Positions 1 through 11,533 of a stretch of DNA of 64,000 bases are shown here, one piece after another (within the stretch, counting starts at the first letter, position 1; the number at the start of each line of letters is the position of its first letter). Position numbers and translations under genes: made by a program. The DNA is taken from the NCBI GenBank assembly GCA_001179505.1, contig CDMY01000451.1, positions 10,155 to 74,154 of the forward strand. The letters run 5' to 3'. This DNA comes from Vitrella brassicaformis CCMP3155 (lineage: Eukaryota > Protista > Chromerida). Under the pieces are notes generated by a model. That model worked only from the letters and a program-made list of their open reading frames with translations. It was not told the DNA's origin and searched no databases.

Positions 1-2097
1 CTCCTCGGGACCCGTACAGTTGTAGAAGAACATCGGCATCTCCTTGCTGCATGCACACAGACAGACAGACAGACAGACAGAAGATTCGTGATGCTCCCTT
101 GTCGGTCCGAGTGTTCTGTGTGGTGTGTAGTTGTGAGAGGTACTTTGGCCATGGGAAGTCGAGGCCGTCGTAGCTACGTTCCTTGATCGTGACGCCGTCC
201 TGCAGTGAGCCCTCGTAGAAGGACTGCGAAGGGAACTCACTCAAGCACGGATGCATCCGGTACTGGACCTGACACATGACCAATCCACGACACAAAGAAC
301 GTTTTGCCATCCATTCTTTCTTCTCTTGCTCTGTTTGTGACCAACGATCAAATGTTGTGTATGTGTGTGTGACCAGCATACTTCGAGTCTGACGGGCTTC
401 TTGAGGGCAATGAGTCGCTACAAATAGGGACTGGGACAAGCCCGCCTTGGCTGCCTCTTTGCACATCACTACAGGTCCAAGCTGACACTGATCACCGACG
501 AGCATCAGCTTCTTGGCGCCCATGACGATCGGCACCAGGCACTCCGGCTCCATCGCCTGCGTCGCCTCGTCTATCAAAACCTGATTGGTAGGGCCATCGA
601 TGGATGAATGTTTGCATGACTTAAGCCAACGCACTGACCTGCTCGAATCTGAAGCCATCGAGCCGCTGGTCGGCTGCCCCGATGCATGTGCAGCAGATGA
701 CGTCGGCGGCGGTAAGCAGTTCCTTCTCGAGTGGTTCCCGCAGCCTCCTGAGCCTCCACTCATCCGCATCCTCCAACTCGCCTTTCTCCTTCTGTCGTTC
801 CATGAAGAGGTACATACTTAACGAGAAATGACGCAATTGGATTCGTGTGTGCTCTGTGCCTGCGTACCTTCAGTCCCTCTAGATCGGCTATCTCCGCCTG
901 CACGGGGCCCCAACCGTCCTTGGTGACACATTTGATCTGTCTGTGTAGGGCCAGATGCTCCACACTCGACTGCGCGTCCTCGCGGCGGCGAGCGTACAAA
1001 CGAATCACCTGCAAAAGTGGGCGGGGGGATATGTGCACAGATTGCTCGCTGCATCGTCATCTCTCTGTGTGTACAGACGAGGCTCCTCTGTGTATCACCT
1101 TGAGGCCTGTGCGATGCAGCCGCTCCGCCAGGTTGTCCACAGCGACGTTAGATTGTGCGCACACCAACACCTGACCCCGATGCAAAGATGGATGCACACA
1201 GCAACGAAAGCTGTGCCATGGGCTGCTACGTACCTGTCCCTGTTTGCACAGATGGTAGACGATCGTGGCCGATGTGAGGGTCTTGCCAGTGCCCGGCGGC
1301 CCCTGGATGAGGCACAGCGACGACTGCAGCGCCGTCTTGATTGCTAAGGTCTGCGAATCTTTCAACTCGGCCAAAGCGGAGACAGACAAGTCACGCCGCA
1401 GCGTCGGCCTGACACATATGCACATCACATGGCATCAAATGTGAACGAAAGCCGTATGTTGACGTACTCAATAGTTGGTTCCTTGACTTCGTCATAGCCG
1501 ATCAAATGGCCCCGCAGTTCACGAAGAAGAGACTTGCTCACCGCGGTCTCGTCACGGGCGAGCAGATTCAAGGCAGACTTCATTCTGAGTGTGTAGGCGG
1601 CATGTGTGTGTGTCTGTTGCGTGTGGGTCTGTGGGCCGCCCACCTGTTGATATTCACAGCTTTCGGCCCGAACTCCACGCTGTAGGGCCGTGTGATGTTG
1701 CGGTCCCACGGACCCTGATCGACAAAAATGTGGCCATCCCATCCCATCCAGCGCTGTGCTACGCCTTGTCCATGCACGTACGCTTTGCTTAATGGGACAG
1801 CGCAGCTCAAGGACTACTTCGTCATGTGGCGTCATCCACTGAGGTGTGATCATCTTGACGTGGCCCTCCTGCATCCACTCATTACCACCTGACACAACGC
1901 CAATCAGCGCACACCAATACGTCACGCGTAGTCAGGGAGTGGCATGATGCCTACCGGTGTAGGCGTATTTGATGGCGAGTTCATCGCCCACGGCAGGACG
2001 CACATTGCTCTCGTCACGGGGATAGAGGAAGATGGCCGTAGGACGACGATTCGACGCAACTTCCCAACGGACAGTGATGTTGGTCTGCACATCCAAT

Positions 2098-2142
<45 letters not shown>

Positions 2143-2270
2143 TGCCAGCGTGAGCTGGCATGTTGCCACCCACCCACCCACCTGTCTTTGCGACTCTTTG
2201 CGACTCCTCATATCCTCGGCCTCGGCATCGATCAGTGAGGTGTAAGTGTCGTAGTACTCGCCGACATCCA
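1..2270 (-). CDS. UPF1: UPF1/RENT1-type SF1 RNA helicase core (multi-exon; runs off the left end of the window)
   Basis: Spliced minus-strand exons give [84 protein letters not shown] (Walker A), [49 protein letters not shown] (Walker B), [26 protein letters not shown] and EMPMFFY. These are in UPF1 order. It is probably a paralog rather than the canonical UPF1, because no CH domain precedes it. Confidence 0.92.
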
Positions 2271-2340
2271 CATACCTACACAACGACACACACCATGATC
2301 AGCGTCATATACTCGTTTCTGTGTGTGTATGCGGCAGACT

Positions 2341-5300
2341 GACCTTTTTAAGACAGACATCGGCTTGGCGCTGACGGATGAGACGGATGAAGTGGGAGCC
2401 TCGGCGTGGGCCTCAAGTGGTGGATCAAACAAAAGTACGGGATAAAAGCGAAGTCTTGATTTGTCCTTTACATGTGCTCTAGCTGACCTGTGTCTGCTGG
2501 TCGTACGATATGATGGCAGGCTCACCACCAGACAGACCGTACGACGAATAATCCTGATGATGGACTCATACAGACGGATAAAATGAGGCTGGAAATGGAC
2601 CTGCTGCTTCTCTCGGACCTGACCTCTTGTATTTCACTGAGGGCATCATCAGCTGTGACGCTGACGACAGTCTCACCACACGAACGCGACACAAGCTGCA
2701 CAGGCAGAAACAAAGGCTGCCCGCCTACATGCATTCTCTTCTACCGACCGAATAGGGTGGAGCCTCTCGATGACTGCGCTTGTCGCTCCTCTGGATCTTC
2801 GCCGGCGGTCTCACGCCAGTCAGCCTGCTCTCAGACGCTGTCATCTGCTCGGATAGAAACATTAAACCCATGCCTGTTGCCAATAGAGTGAGTGTCGGCA
2901 TGGCTCACGCTCATGGTATTGCGTCCCTCAGAGGGCGGCCACTGGTGCTCCGACTGCTGGTCGGCAGCAGCAGCTGACTCGCTTTCCGCTCCACGTCTCG
3001 GTGCCTGCAATGAATCAGCTCACTTCCAGGTCTCTGCCTGCTTGGGCGTGTGGGTGCTGTCTGTACCGTGTCGCTGCTTTGTTCAAGTGGGCCGATGAAG
3101 CCATCCGCTATGCGTAAATATGCAGATTGAGTCTCCTCGTCGGACGCTTGACTTGGTGCTTGTAACATCTCCTGATGAGGGAGTGGTCTTGGCGGTTTAT
3201 GGGCGTTGGCAGGCTGCATTCGAGGATGAATGGGGAAAGGTAGAGGCTGCGGGACGGACTCGGCCACAGCCGAACTCTCATTTTGCTTCTATCACACACT
3301 CACACAACAAGCGATATGCGTGCATGGGCCACGGCCGATGAATCCATATGTCATTCGCACCGCTGCCGACTCGTCCATCGCAAGGCCCTGAAGTGCAACA
3401 CAGACGCGCTCAGGGATTGTAAAAGGAAGTCACACATTTGCTGGCGTCCTACCTGCGGATCGCCGTGCCTGTCGCCGCTGGTTGGTGGTGCGGGAGCAGA
3501 CGCGGCGGTCTGCGAGAAGCGATGCACGTCGCTGAAAGCACAAGGGGCTCTGTGTTGCGTACCTGTCTGCTGAGGTCACTTTGGGATAGCTGGTCCGCTG
3601 CTGATGGTGTTGGTGGTGGTGCATCTGTCGTCGGCCGGACCTGTTCTGTGCGTGTCGGCATCGCCTCGGTCAAGCAATTGTCCACATGACCTGATGACGC
3701 ACATATGACAACGGACAGCCCCTTTCCCCTCGCCGTCTACACTGTCTGGTTGCATACTTTGAAAGCAGAGTAGGCGCAGTTGATCTCTGATGCGCGTAGC
3801 ACGGAAACGGACCTGAATGAGTACACAGGGATCCCCAGACACGCTCATCGAAACTTCGATTCAGGTCTACTTACGAAATCGCTTTCTGACGCATCGATAC
3901 TCAAGAGATTGAGTTGCCTCAGCAGCGACTCAATGTCCTGATGATTGGCCAGACACTAACCAACTCATGTACAGACACGTGCACCTTTGTGTCGCACCTG
4001 AGCGTGCATGAGTTGGTAAGCGATGGCCTCCTCACCGACCGACTGTTGGCTGGCTTCATGCAGGTACTCTTTGAGCTCGTCCAGCGCCTGCATCACACAT
4101 ACATCCTATGTGCGTGGCAACGGGGGTTCCTTTCCTACCTCTGGCAGGTGGGCGGCATCACTGGGATTTTGCGTCCCATCCCCTCCTCCACCAAACGCCA
4201 AGTCCTCCTCCACTTCCGGACGGTTGGACCGGGTAAGTGGGACGGGCTCGTCGCCCTTGCAGACGTGTGACTCGCCATCTTTGGCAGCCCTCTCCTCGCT
4301 TTTAAAAATAGAAGAAGCAACGAGGGCACCACTACCAGCTGCTGGTGCTGCCGGCTCGCACATGAGGGGATACGGCAGAGGGTGTGGATGACTCGGGTGT
4401 ATTGGAGCCGGATGCAGCCGAAGCTGTGCATGTGCAGCCGCGGCGGATGGCGTCAGTGACGGGAAAGTGCTCTGCAGAGAAACATATGACGGGCGAAGGG
4501 CAATTTATCGAGCTCTCTCTGTGCCTGCCACCTGTGCATGTGAGTGTGCATCCCCCTTGTGTGGTGCAGGTTGATCAGTAACACTCTGCAACAAAAGGAA
4601 AACAACCGACATGAAGGAATGACCGTGGGTGTGGCGGAATGACCAGGTGCTGTGTCGGTGTGAGTGTATACCTGGCGTAGCCGTTGACTGATGCGCGCAG
4701 CAAAGAGGCGGTCCTGCGTGAAGTAAAGAGAAGCAAGCGTACAGACGCTGATGACCCCTCCCACGCACTTACCGTGTTGCTCTGTGACTCATCAGCACAC
4801 AAACCCTCAAGTCGCCAGACCAGCAGGCCAATGTCCTGATGATCACCAAGACATGCCCTCTCCTCATGCGTGTGCTGAGCCCACCTGAGGCGACTGCATC
4901 TGCAGCTGGTCGATGAGAGCATTCTCACGGGCTGGGTCATCGACGGCTGCACGCATCGCCTGCAGAAGCTCGTCAAAGGTCTGCATTACAGGGAGGTTAA
5001 TGACATTCTGGAAGTCATGTGAGAGGCAGAGGTACCTCTGGCGGTCGCAAACCATCACTCCCCTCCGTCGGCTACACAACACACATCCATACAGAGACAG
5101 AGTCACACCGGTCCGTTTCCCTTCCCTTACCGCCACTCCGTCGATGTCGTCAGGGGCAGGCAGGGCGCCGGCGACAGCAGCGCATGGCAAAGGAGGATGC
5201 TGACCAAGCAAAACACATTTATCGATGAAAAAGAATATGTCCAGACCTCGGTGCCTTTCCTGCTGTGCTCCCACCTGTTGACATCGTTCCCTGAACCCCG

Positions 5301-5898
5301 AGATCCAGTCGTCGCTCGCCCCGAATTTACTGATCTTCAACCGAGCGGCGATTTCCAGCGCCTTGGCCTTGATGTCCTTCGCGCGCACACTCGCAGGATC
5401 ACCCTGGGTTGCTACCCACTGACGCATCTCGTCCTCGATCTGCGGATGCTTCGGGCCTTTGGTGCGCTTCTTGCTCAGGTCGGCATCATGCTCGCCCGAC
5501 TCCCTCTGCTTTTTCACCTTAGAGCACCATTTCTTCAGTTGGTCGAGGGTCACGCCCTTCTCTTGTGCGAACTGAGGCATCGAGATCTTCTCCCCGCTCT
5601 GCTTGCGTCGATTGAATTCCTCCACCACCTGCAGCCGCTCTCCAAGGTACACCTCCCCCGCCCTCCCAGTCGTCACCTGGACAAACACAAGAGTGCGATG
5701 ATTCGACGAAGTGTGCGTACGTCTGTCGGTTCATACCATATGTGAGGACGGCGCTGTCGTTGCTGTTGTAGGCAGCAATGGCGGGAGAGACTGAAGGCGA
5801 TTGCGTGACGACCCCGGCGTGATGACCATCCCATGACCGATGTGTGGCATGGCACGAGGAAGTGGGGAGGGCTGCCAAGGGTGTGGTGCGGGAGGATA
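2341..5898 (-). CDS. CENP-B/pogo(Tc5)-type HTH DNA-binding protein exons plus a duplicated helical module; probably the N-terminal part of the UPF1-like gene
   Basis: Exon 5676-5275 encodes ERLQVVEEF...KRTKGPKHPQIEDEMRQWV...KDIKAKALEIAARLKISKFGASDDWISGFRER, which fits the CENP-B tandem-HTH consensus. Phase-compatible GT-AG exons run from 5898 down to about 2900. The joins from 2900 to 2340 are ambiguous but feasible. The start lies in the gap at 5927-6226. Confidence 0.75.
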
Positions 5899-5926
5899 CT
5901 GACAGACACATATACACATAGCGGAA

Positions 5927-6226
5927 NNNNNNNNNNNNNNNNNNNNNNNNNNNNNNNNNNNNNNNNNNNNNNNNNNNNNNNNNNNNNNNNNNNNNNNNNN
6001 NNNNNNNNNNNNNNNNNNNNNNNNNNNNNNNNNNNNNNNNNNNNNNNNNNNNNNNNNNNNNNNNNNNNNNNNNNNNNNNNNNNNNNNNNNNNNNNNNNNN
6101 NNNNNNNNNNNNNNNNNNNNNNNNNNNNNNNNNNNNNNNNNNNNNNNNNNNNNNNNNNNNNNNNNNNNNNNNNNNNNNNNNNNNNNNNNNNNNNNNNNNN
6201 NNNNNNNNNNNNNNNNNNNNNNNNNN
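5927..6226. other. Assembly gap (300 N, placeholder size)
   Basis: Run of N. All four gaps are exactly 300 nt, so the true size is unknown. This gap must hide the 5' ends of two divergent genes. Confidence 1.
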
Positions 6227-7516
6227 GCGCCGAGCGCCTCATCGGCAAGCCAGGCTACCGGGTGGCCCTCCTGCCGGCGGCCATCGACGAGAAGGGGCGG
6301 CAGCGGCAGTTCCGCCACCTCTATCGCCTGCAGGTCTTTCGCAAGCCGGCGATGGACATGGCCGAGCAGGCGACTGACTACGACATCCAGTGCTGCGTGC
6401 GCGTGTACCATGGACAGCAGCCGGTGTGTGCGGTGCCGTACGTGCCCGTCGAGAAGAGCAGACAGGCCGACAAGCTGTGTGCCACATGTCTGGTGCCGTG
6501 TGCTGGCGGTGGCGGCATCTGCGGCAAACAGAACACCTTCCGCAATATGGTCAACTCTCACCTGCGCAAAACACACAAACTGACAGAGGCCGACCTGCTG
6601 CAGGTCAGTGGACAGACAGACTCACATGGACGGAAACGCTCTCATTTCGCTGTGTGTGTGTGTAGGGTTTTGCTACCGTTCGCGGCCCATCGGTGCCGGA
6701 GACGCCCACCAACACACGTACACAACGAAGCCGCTCTCTCTATCGCTTATCATTCCACGGTGTCTCTCTGCTGTTGGTGTGCAGCTTGCCAGACCTTTTC
6801 GTTTGCCGGCATGGTGATCGACAAGACGCAGGCCGACACCTATGGCAGCCACATGTCGGCTGGGTCATCGACCACCGACACACAGACAATGCCGTGAGCA
6901 CACACAACACCAGAAGCACCACAGATGCAGTCATCCCATTCCTCTGTGTGTGGTGCTACTGTCTTTGAGTGCAGGCCATCCCTCGTCGACGTGCTGCCGA
7001 TCGGCGGCAAAGAGATGCCGCAGCCGCATTTGTCCGACATGATGCCTCTCGGCAGCTATGGGGCTGCAGCTGGAGTGACCGGCAATGTCAACCAGATGGA
7101 ATTGTAAGCAGCACTGAATCAGCAGCGATGAGGACAGATGGGCAGATGTGTATGGTGGCATGTGCATGCAGGCCATTTTTGGACTACTACCAGCCGAACA
7201 GCAGCGACTCCTGGATGGCATCCAACAGCGACAATGAGGAGGACGGTAAACGGCACTGACGACACGAGGACAGAAAGGCGGCTCAAGTGAAGCGTCAGGT
7301 TCGATGATGTGCTCGTTAGGTTTTGGTGGCAGCGGGCTTGCTGCTCCGCCCCCGACGCTTAATGGCGGCTGCAAGCCCCTCGGTCGCGCAGATGAAGAGA
7401 TCGACATTGTGATGCAGCAGGTAAGCAAGACACACGAAACGACCTGTGAGGGAGTTCAGCCGTCTGTGTGTGTTCTCGTTCAGTCGCTCGATGAGTGGCT
7501 GAATGTGCTCGGCTAG
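6227..7516 (+). CDS. Hypothetical protein with a Cys/His zinc-finger-like motif (5' end in the gap)
   Basis: The first visible exon, 6227-6603, ends LCATCLVPCAGGGGICGKQNTFRNMVNSHLRKTH. Six further phase-compatible GT-AG exons end SLDEWLNVLG* at 7516. Confidence 0.7.
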
Positions 7517-8086
7517 TCGTACCCAGTGAGTCGACACGTTGGAGACGGTTTTTTCTGTACGGGGATGGTGTATCGCGGTGTGCTCGAGTGCCTTGACCGA
7601 GTGCCGTGACGTTTTTACACCGATGACGCCTGTGTGTGAGCGTGTGTGGACGAGGGAACACTCATGGGGCGCATGTAAGAGTTTTCGGGGGAGTTTATAT
7701 CAGTCTATCTGGGAGGGGGGGACGGATGAGAGAGTGATCGGAACAGTCCATGTCTGCAGTTGGCTCCGTATGCGAGACAACCACTGCATGAGGGCATGTG
7801 TGTGTGTGTGTGTGTGTGTGTCCACACTGGGGGACGCTACATATCGTAGGCAGAACTCGCATCTGACAAGAGATCGAATGTACGCGTGTGGCCATGTCGA
7901 CTCCACCCATCAAGCAGTCACACATGCTGGCTTCATTTGCAGACTGACAGATACACATGCAATGCGTGTGTGAAATCGTGCACACACAAGCAGTATGCAG
8001 GAACGTTGACACACAGCTGCTACAGACACACATGCACCTTGCTCATGGATCCGTCCCCTCATTCATTCATTCATTGGATCGGTCTA

Positions 8087-9550
8087 TCACAGCTCGTCGG
8101 GCACATCCGACAGCACGTCAAGGAAATCCTGACACAGATCAAGCATTCCGTACGCCACACAAACAGGTGTGTGTGTGTGTGTGTGTGTTTCTAGGCTGAC
8201 CCACCTGCATGGTTTGTGTGATCTTCTGTTGGCTGGCGAGGAACACCTCCTTGTCGCCAGCTGTCGCAGGCTTGTCCATCGACTCTATCGCTGCACCACC
8301 ACACAACCAGATACATCGGCGAACATCTCTGTCTCTCTGTGTATGTGTGTGTATCGTGATGCACTCGCGCACTTTTCTCGAAGTTCTTGATGAGCTGTTT
8401 GCTCTGCTTGTCCTTCTCGGGGTCCAGACCCTGGACACACACCGGACGCACGTGCAGGCAAGCAGGCGTGACCCATACCCCCGTCTGTGTCAGTGTGCCC
8501 CTGCTTGCCTTGGATATGAAGCGCATGTCGTCGCTCTCTTTGTACATGGCCCGCAGAAAATTCCTAAGGCACATACCAATCGTCAACTCACTCATCCCAT
8601 GAATGAGTGCATGTGTGTTCACCCACCTGAGCCCCTTCCACTCGTCCGCTGTGATGTCGTCAGTCCTCGCACGCAGAGCAGAGCCCATCTCCTCCCACCT
8701 GATTTGATTGACCCACACGGAAGGACAAGAGTGGGTGTCAGCATACCATGGTACATACAGGCGTGTCTGTCTGCCTGCCTGCCTGCCTGCCTGTACCTAC
8801 CTGAGTTTGGCTTTGATAAATCTGTCCCTTTGCAGTGCGCCAGCCGGAAGCGTGTCCCCGCTGTACACATCCGCATACGCACTCACAGGCTGCACCTATC
8901 CGTACCACACACCACACACAAAGCCAGACAAAAAGATGGCCAGTCATGTGTGCGATTGCGCGTGTAACTCGTGTGTGTGTGTTCTTACCTGCCGCAGAAA
9001 TGCCGCAGTGATCCCGTCGACAGGTGCGTTGGTGGTGGGAAAAGAAAGAGGGATGGGGGCGACAAACAACAGGACCGGCAGAACAAGGGAAAACAGGGGG
9101 GAGAGCGACGGCCTCGCTCGGTGACTGCACAAAGACAGAGGGCGACAGCCAACACACAGAGAGAGGGCAGCTATCCATCCATCCCTTTATTCATTTATCT
9201 TACGAGCGATCTGGTGGCTCAGCACCGAGCACAGTCCTCACAGAGTGTCTTGTGTGAGTGCTTGGGAAGGGCAGGGAAGGAACGAACGCTGGTACTGCTG
9301 CTGATGAATGCCGCCTGCATCAGGGGAAAGGAAAGCAGGACAAGATTCGCATTCATGTGAGCTGCCTGCTGGCGGCTATGGGCAGCTACCTGAGCGTCGT
9401 TGGTGCTGCGCCTGTGCATTCTGCAAGGACCATTGCACCTGCATCCAAGCAGCGATAAGGGATACACACAAACAGACGTGATCTGGGCAGCTGAGCATAG
9501 ATCTGCTCCTCCCTACCTCCCAGGGCAAACGTGGACAGCGATTTCACCAT
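8087..9550 (-). CDS. Nucleus-encoded thylakoid-lumen protein, PsbQ-like helical bundle
   Basis: The spliced product has a signal peptide (MVKSLSTFALGGAMVLAECTGA), an AFVP motif, a hydrophobic thylakoid-transfer stretch (PLFSLVLPVLLFVAP) and an AxA site (VSAYA). The mature part reads DVYSGDTLPAGALQRDRFIKAKLRWEEMG...WKGLRNFLRAMYKESDDMRFISKGLDPEKDKQSKQLIKNFEKTIESMDKPA...DFLDVLSDVPDEL*. The gene model and targeting are well supported. The PsbQ-like call is recalled similarity only. Confidence 0.65.
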
Positions 9551-9593
9551 CCGAAAGCGCATCGTTCCTCCTCACACGATCGGCACGCTCTCT

Positions 9594-9602
9594 AAGCTCG
9601 CA
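9594..9602 (+). promoter_or_regulatory. AAGCTCGCA motif in the lumen-protein/CSL4 divergent spacer
   Basis: Exact 9-mer centred between the ATGs at 9550 and 9636. Confidence 0.6.
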
Positions 9603-9635
9603 TTGACGAAACCGCTGCTCCGAAAGGCCAATAGG

Positions 9636-10106
9636 ATGGAAGTGGACGAGCAGAGGGTGCCGGAGGATGAGCAGGACAAAGACTTCCCGCAGCTCCTGCC
9701 GCTCGTCACACCAGGTTACGATCTTCCTCTCTGTGTGTGTTGGATGAATAGATCTACGTTTGTGCATGTGTGTACCGTATGTGCAGGCGAGCGCATCGGC
9801 CACGTGAGTGCGTACAGGGCCGGTGCGGGTGTGTATGAGAGGCGGGGCCACCTGTACGCCAGCAAGGTCGGGGAGAAACTCATCGAACAAGACGACAGCA
9901 ACCAGGTGCAGGCAGACAGACCCATCGATAGGCGCTTAAACCAGTCTCTCGTGTGATGCGTTTCTGTGTGTGGGGGATGGTTGGTGCATGCAGCTGCCTG
10001 TTGTGTCAGTGGAGACTGCAGGACTGTCGGGCAGCCCTTCGGTGCCATTCACTGGGGCGACGGTACTCGCACAGGTGAGCAAATACACCTGCACACACGA
10101 CACACA

Positions 10107-10143
<37 letters not shown>

Positions 10144-10851
10144 GTGTCTGCGTTCTTTCTCGTGTGTGTGTGTGTGTGTGTGTGTGTGCCACTCTGTGTG
10201 TTTAGGTGACTCGGATATCCCCTCGTCGTGTGGACTGCATCATCCTGTCTGTGGAGGGCCGGCCCATCAGGGACACTTCCAACCCTTACAAAGGCATCAT
10301 TAGGTCAGGCAGACAGACAGGCGGACAGGCAGGCAGGCAGGCAGGCAGACAATGAGGGTACTCGGCCTCACACGTGTGTGTGGATGTGCGTGTGTAGGTT
10401 GCAGGACGTCCGGCCATTCGAGATCGACCAGATTGATATGCTCGAGTGCTTCAGGCCCACAGACATCGTCAAAGCGAAAGTGGTACAAACACATTCACCC
10501 AGAAGACTTTCATGGCGTCCCCACGCACAGTACACCATTGCAGGTGTCATTGGGTGACAGCCGGTCCTTCCATCTGTCGACTGCCGAGCAGGACCTCGGT
10601 GTCGTCTTCGCGAAGAGCACATCAGGTGATGACTGAGCCCAACCATCAGGTCTGTGTGGGTATGTCCGTGTGTGTGTCTGTGTGGGTTGTAGGTCATCCA
10701 CTGGTGGCTCTGAAATGGAATGAGATGGAGTGCTCAAAGACAAAAGAGAGGGAGCCACGGTCAGTCACTCAGTCAGCCAGAAAGACGCGTAGGTATGGAT
10801 GTGTGTGTGTCTGTCCGTGTGTGCAGGAAAGTGGCCAAGCCATCCGACTGA
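9636..10851 (+). CDS. CSL4: RNA exosome cap subunit CSL4/EXOSC1
   Basis: LVTPGERIG...YRAGAGVYERRGHLYAS, GATVLAQVTRI, KGIIRLQDVRPFEIDQIDMLECFRPTDIVKAKV, SLGDSRSFHLSTAEQDLGVVFA and MECSKTKEREPRKVAK. Confidence 0.92.
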
Positions 10852-11187
10852 GTGCGCCTTGCCGTGCAGTGTGTGTATAGACATCTCTGTGTGTGTGAGT
10901 GCATATGTACATTTGGTGAATGACTGCAAGGATGCATCAACAATACGTGTGAGTGGGCGAGATGCGCAATTGACGATTGACGGACGATTTGGATGGCCTT
11001 GTCGGACATTGAGCAGCTAATTATCACATCTTGGACAGACAGACAGGGGGATGGCACAGCTGTCCGTATGTCACGTATATGTACACCAAGAACGACCCTC
11101 AGACTCCTGATTGCTTGCTCTGTATCTCTCTCCACTGCTGTACACCGAACCAAACCACCCCCTGACCAGCCTCTAATGTAGGAGGTG

Positions 11188-11483
11188 TCAATCCTCAGCT
11201 TCCCTCAATACCCTCTTGCTGCGCACACACACACACACACACACACCAATGGGAGTCGATCACACACGTGCGGCTTGCGCTTCACTTACAGGAGGGAGGG
11301 TGTCCTGAAGAGTCTCCATCCCTTGGCTGTGGGCATGAGAGGGTAGACGTCCTCAAAGAAGTAGTACAAGTGGCCCACTATGATGCCCATCAGGTGGTCG
11401 TGCAGCTGCCAACCCAATGCAAGCGACATACCCAGCAAAACCCTACACACACGCAAGACACACATCAGTGCACACAGGAAGAA

Positions 11484-11533
<50 letters not shown>

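Noticed and set aside
2142-2161. 8-bp hairpin atgccagc-gtga-gctggcat in a UPF1 intron
   Set aside because: A single short stem is expected by chance in 64 kb, and it has no second occurrence.
5275-5676. Active pogo/Tc5 DNA transposon
   Set aside because: No DDE catalytic domain, terminal inverted repeats or TA target-site duplication is visible, and the HTH sits in a many-intron host-like gene. It was treated as domesticated.
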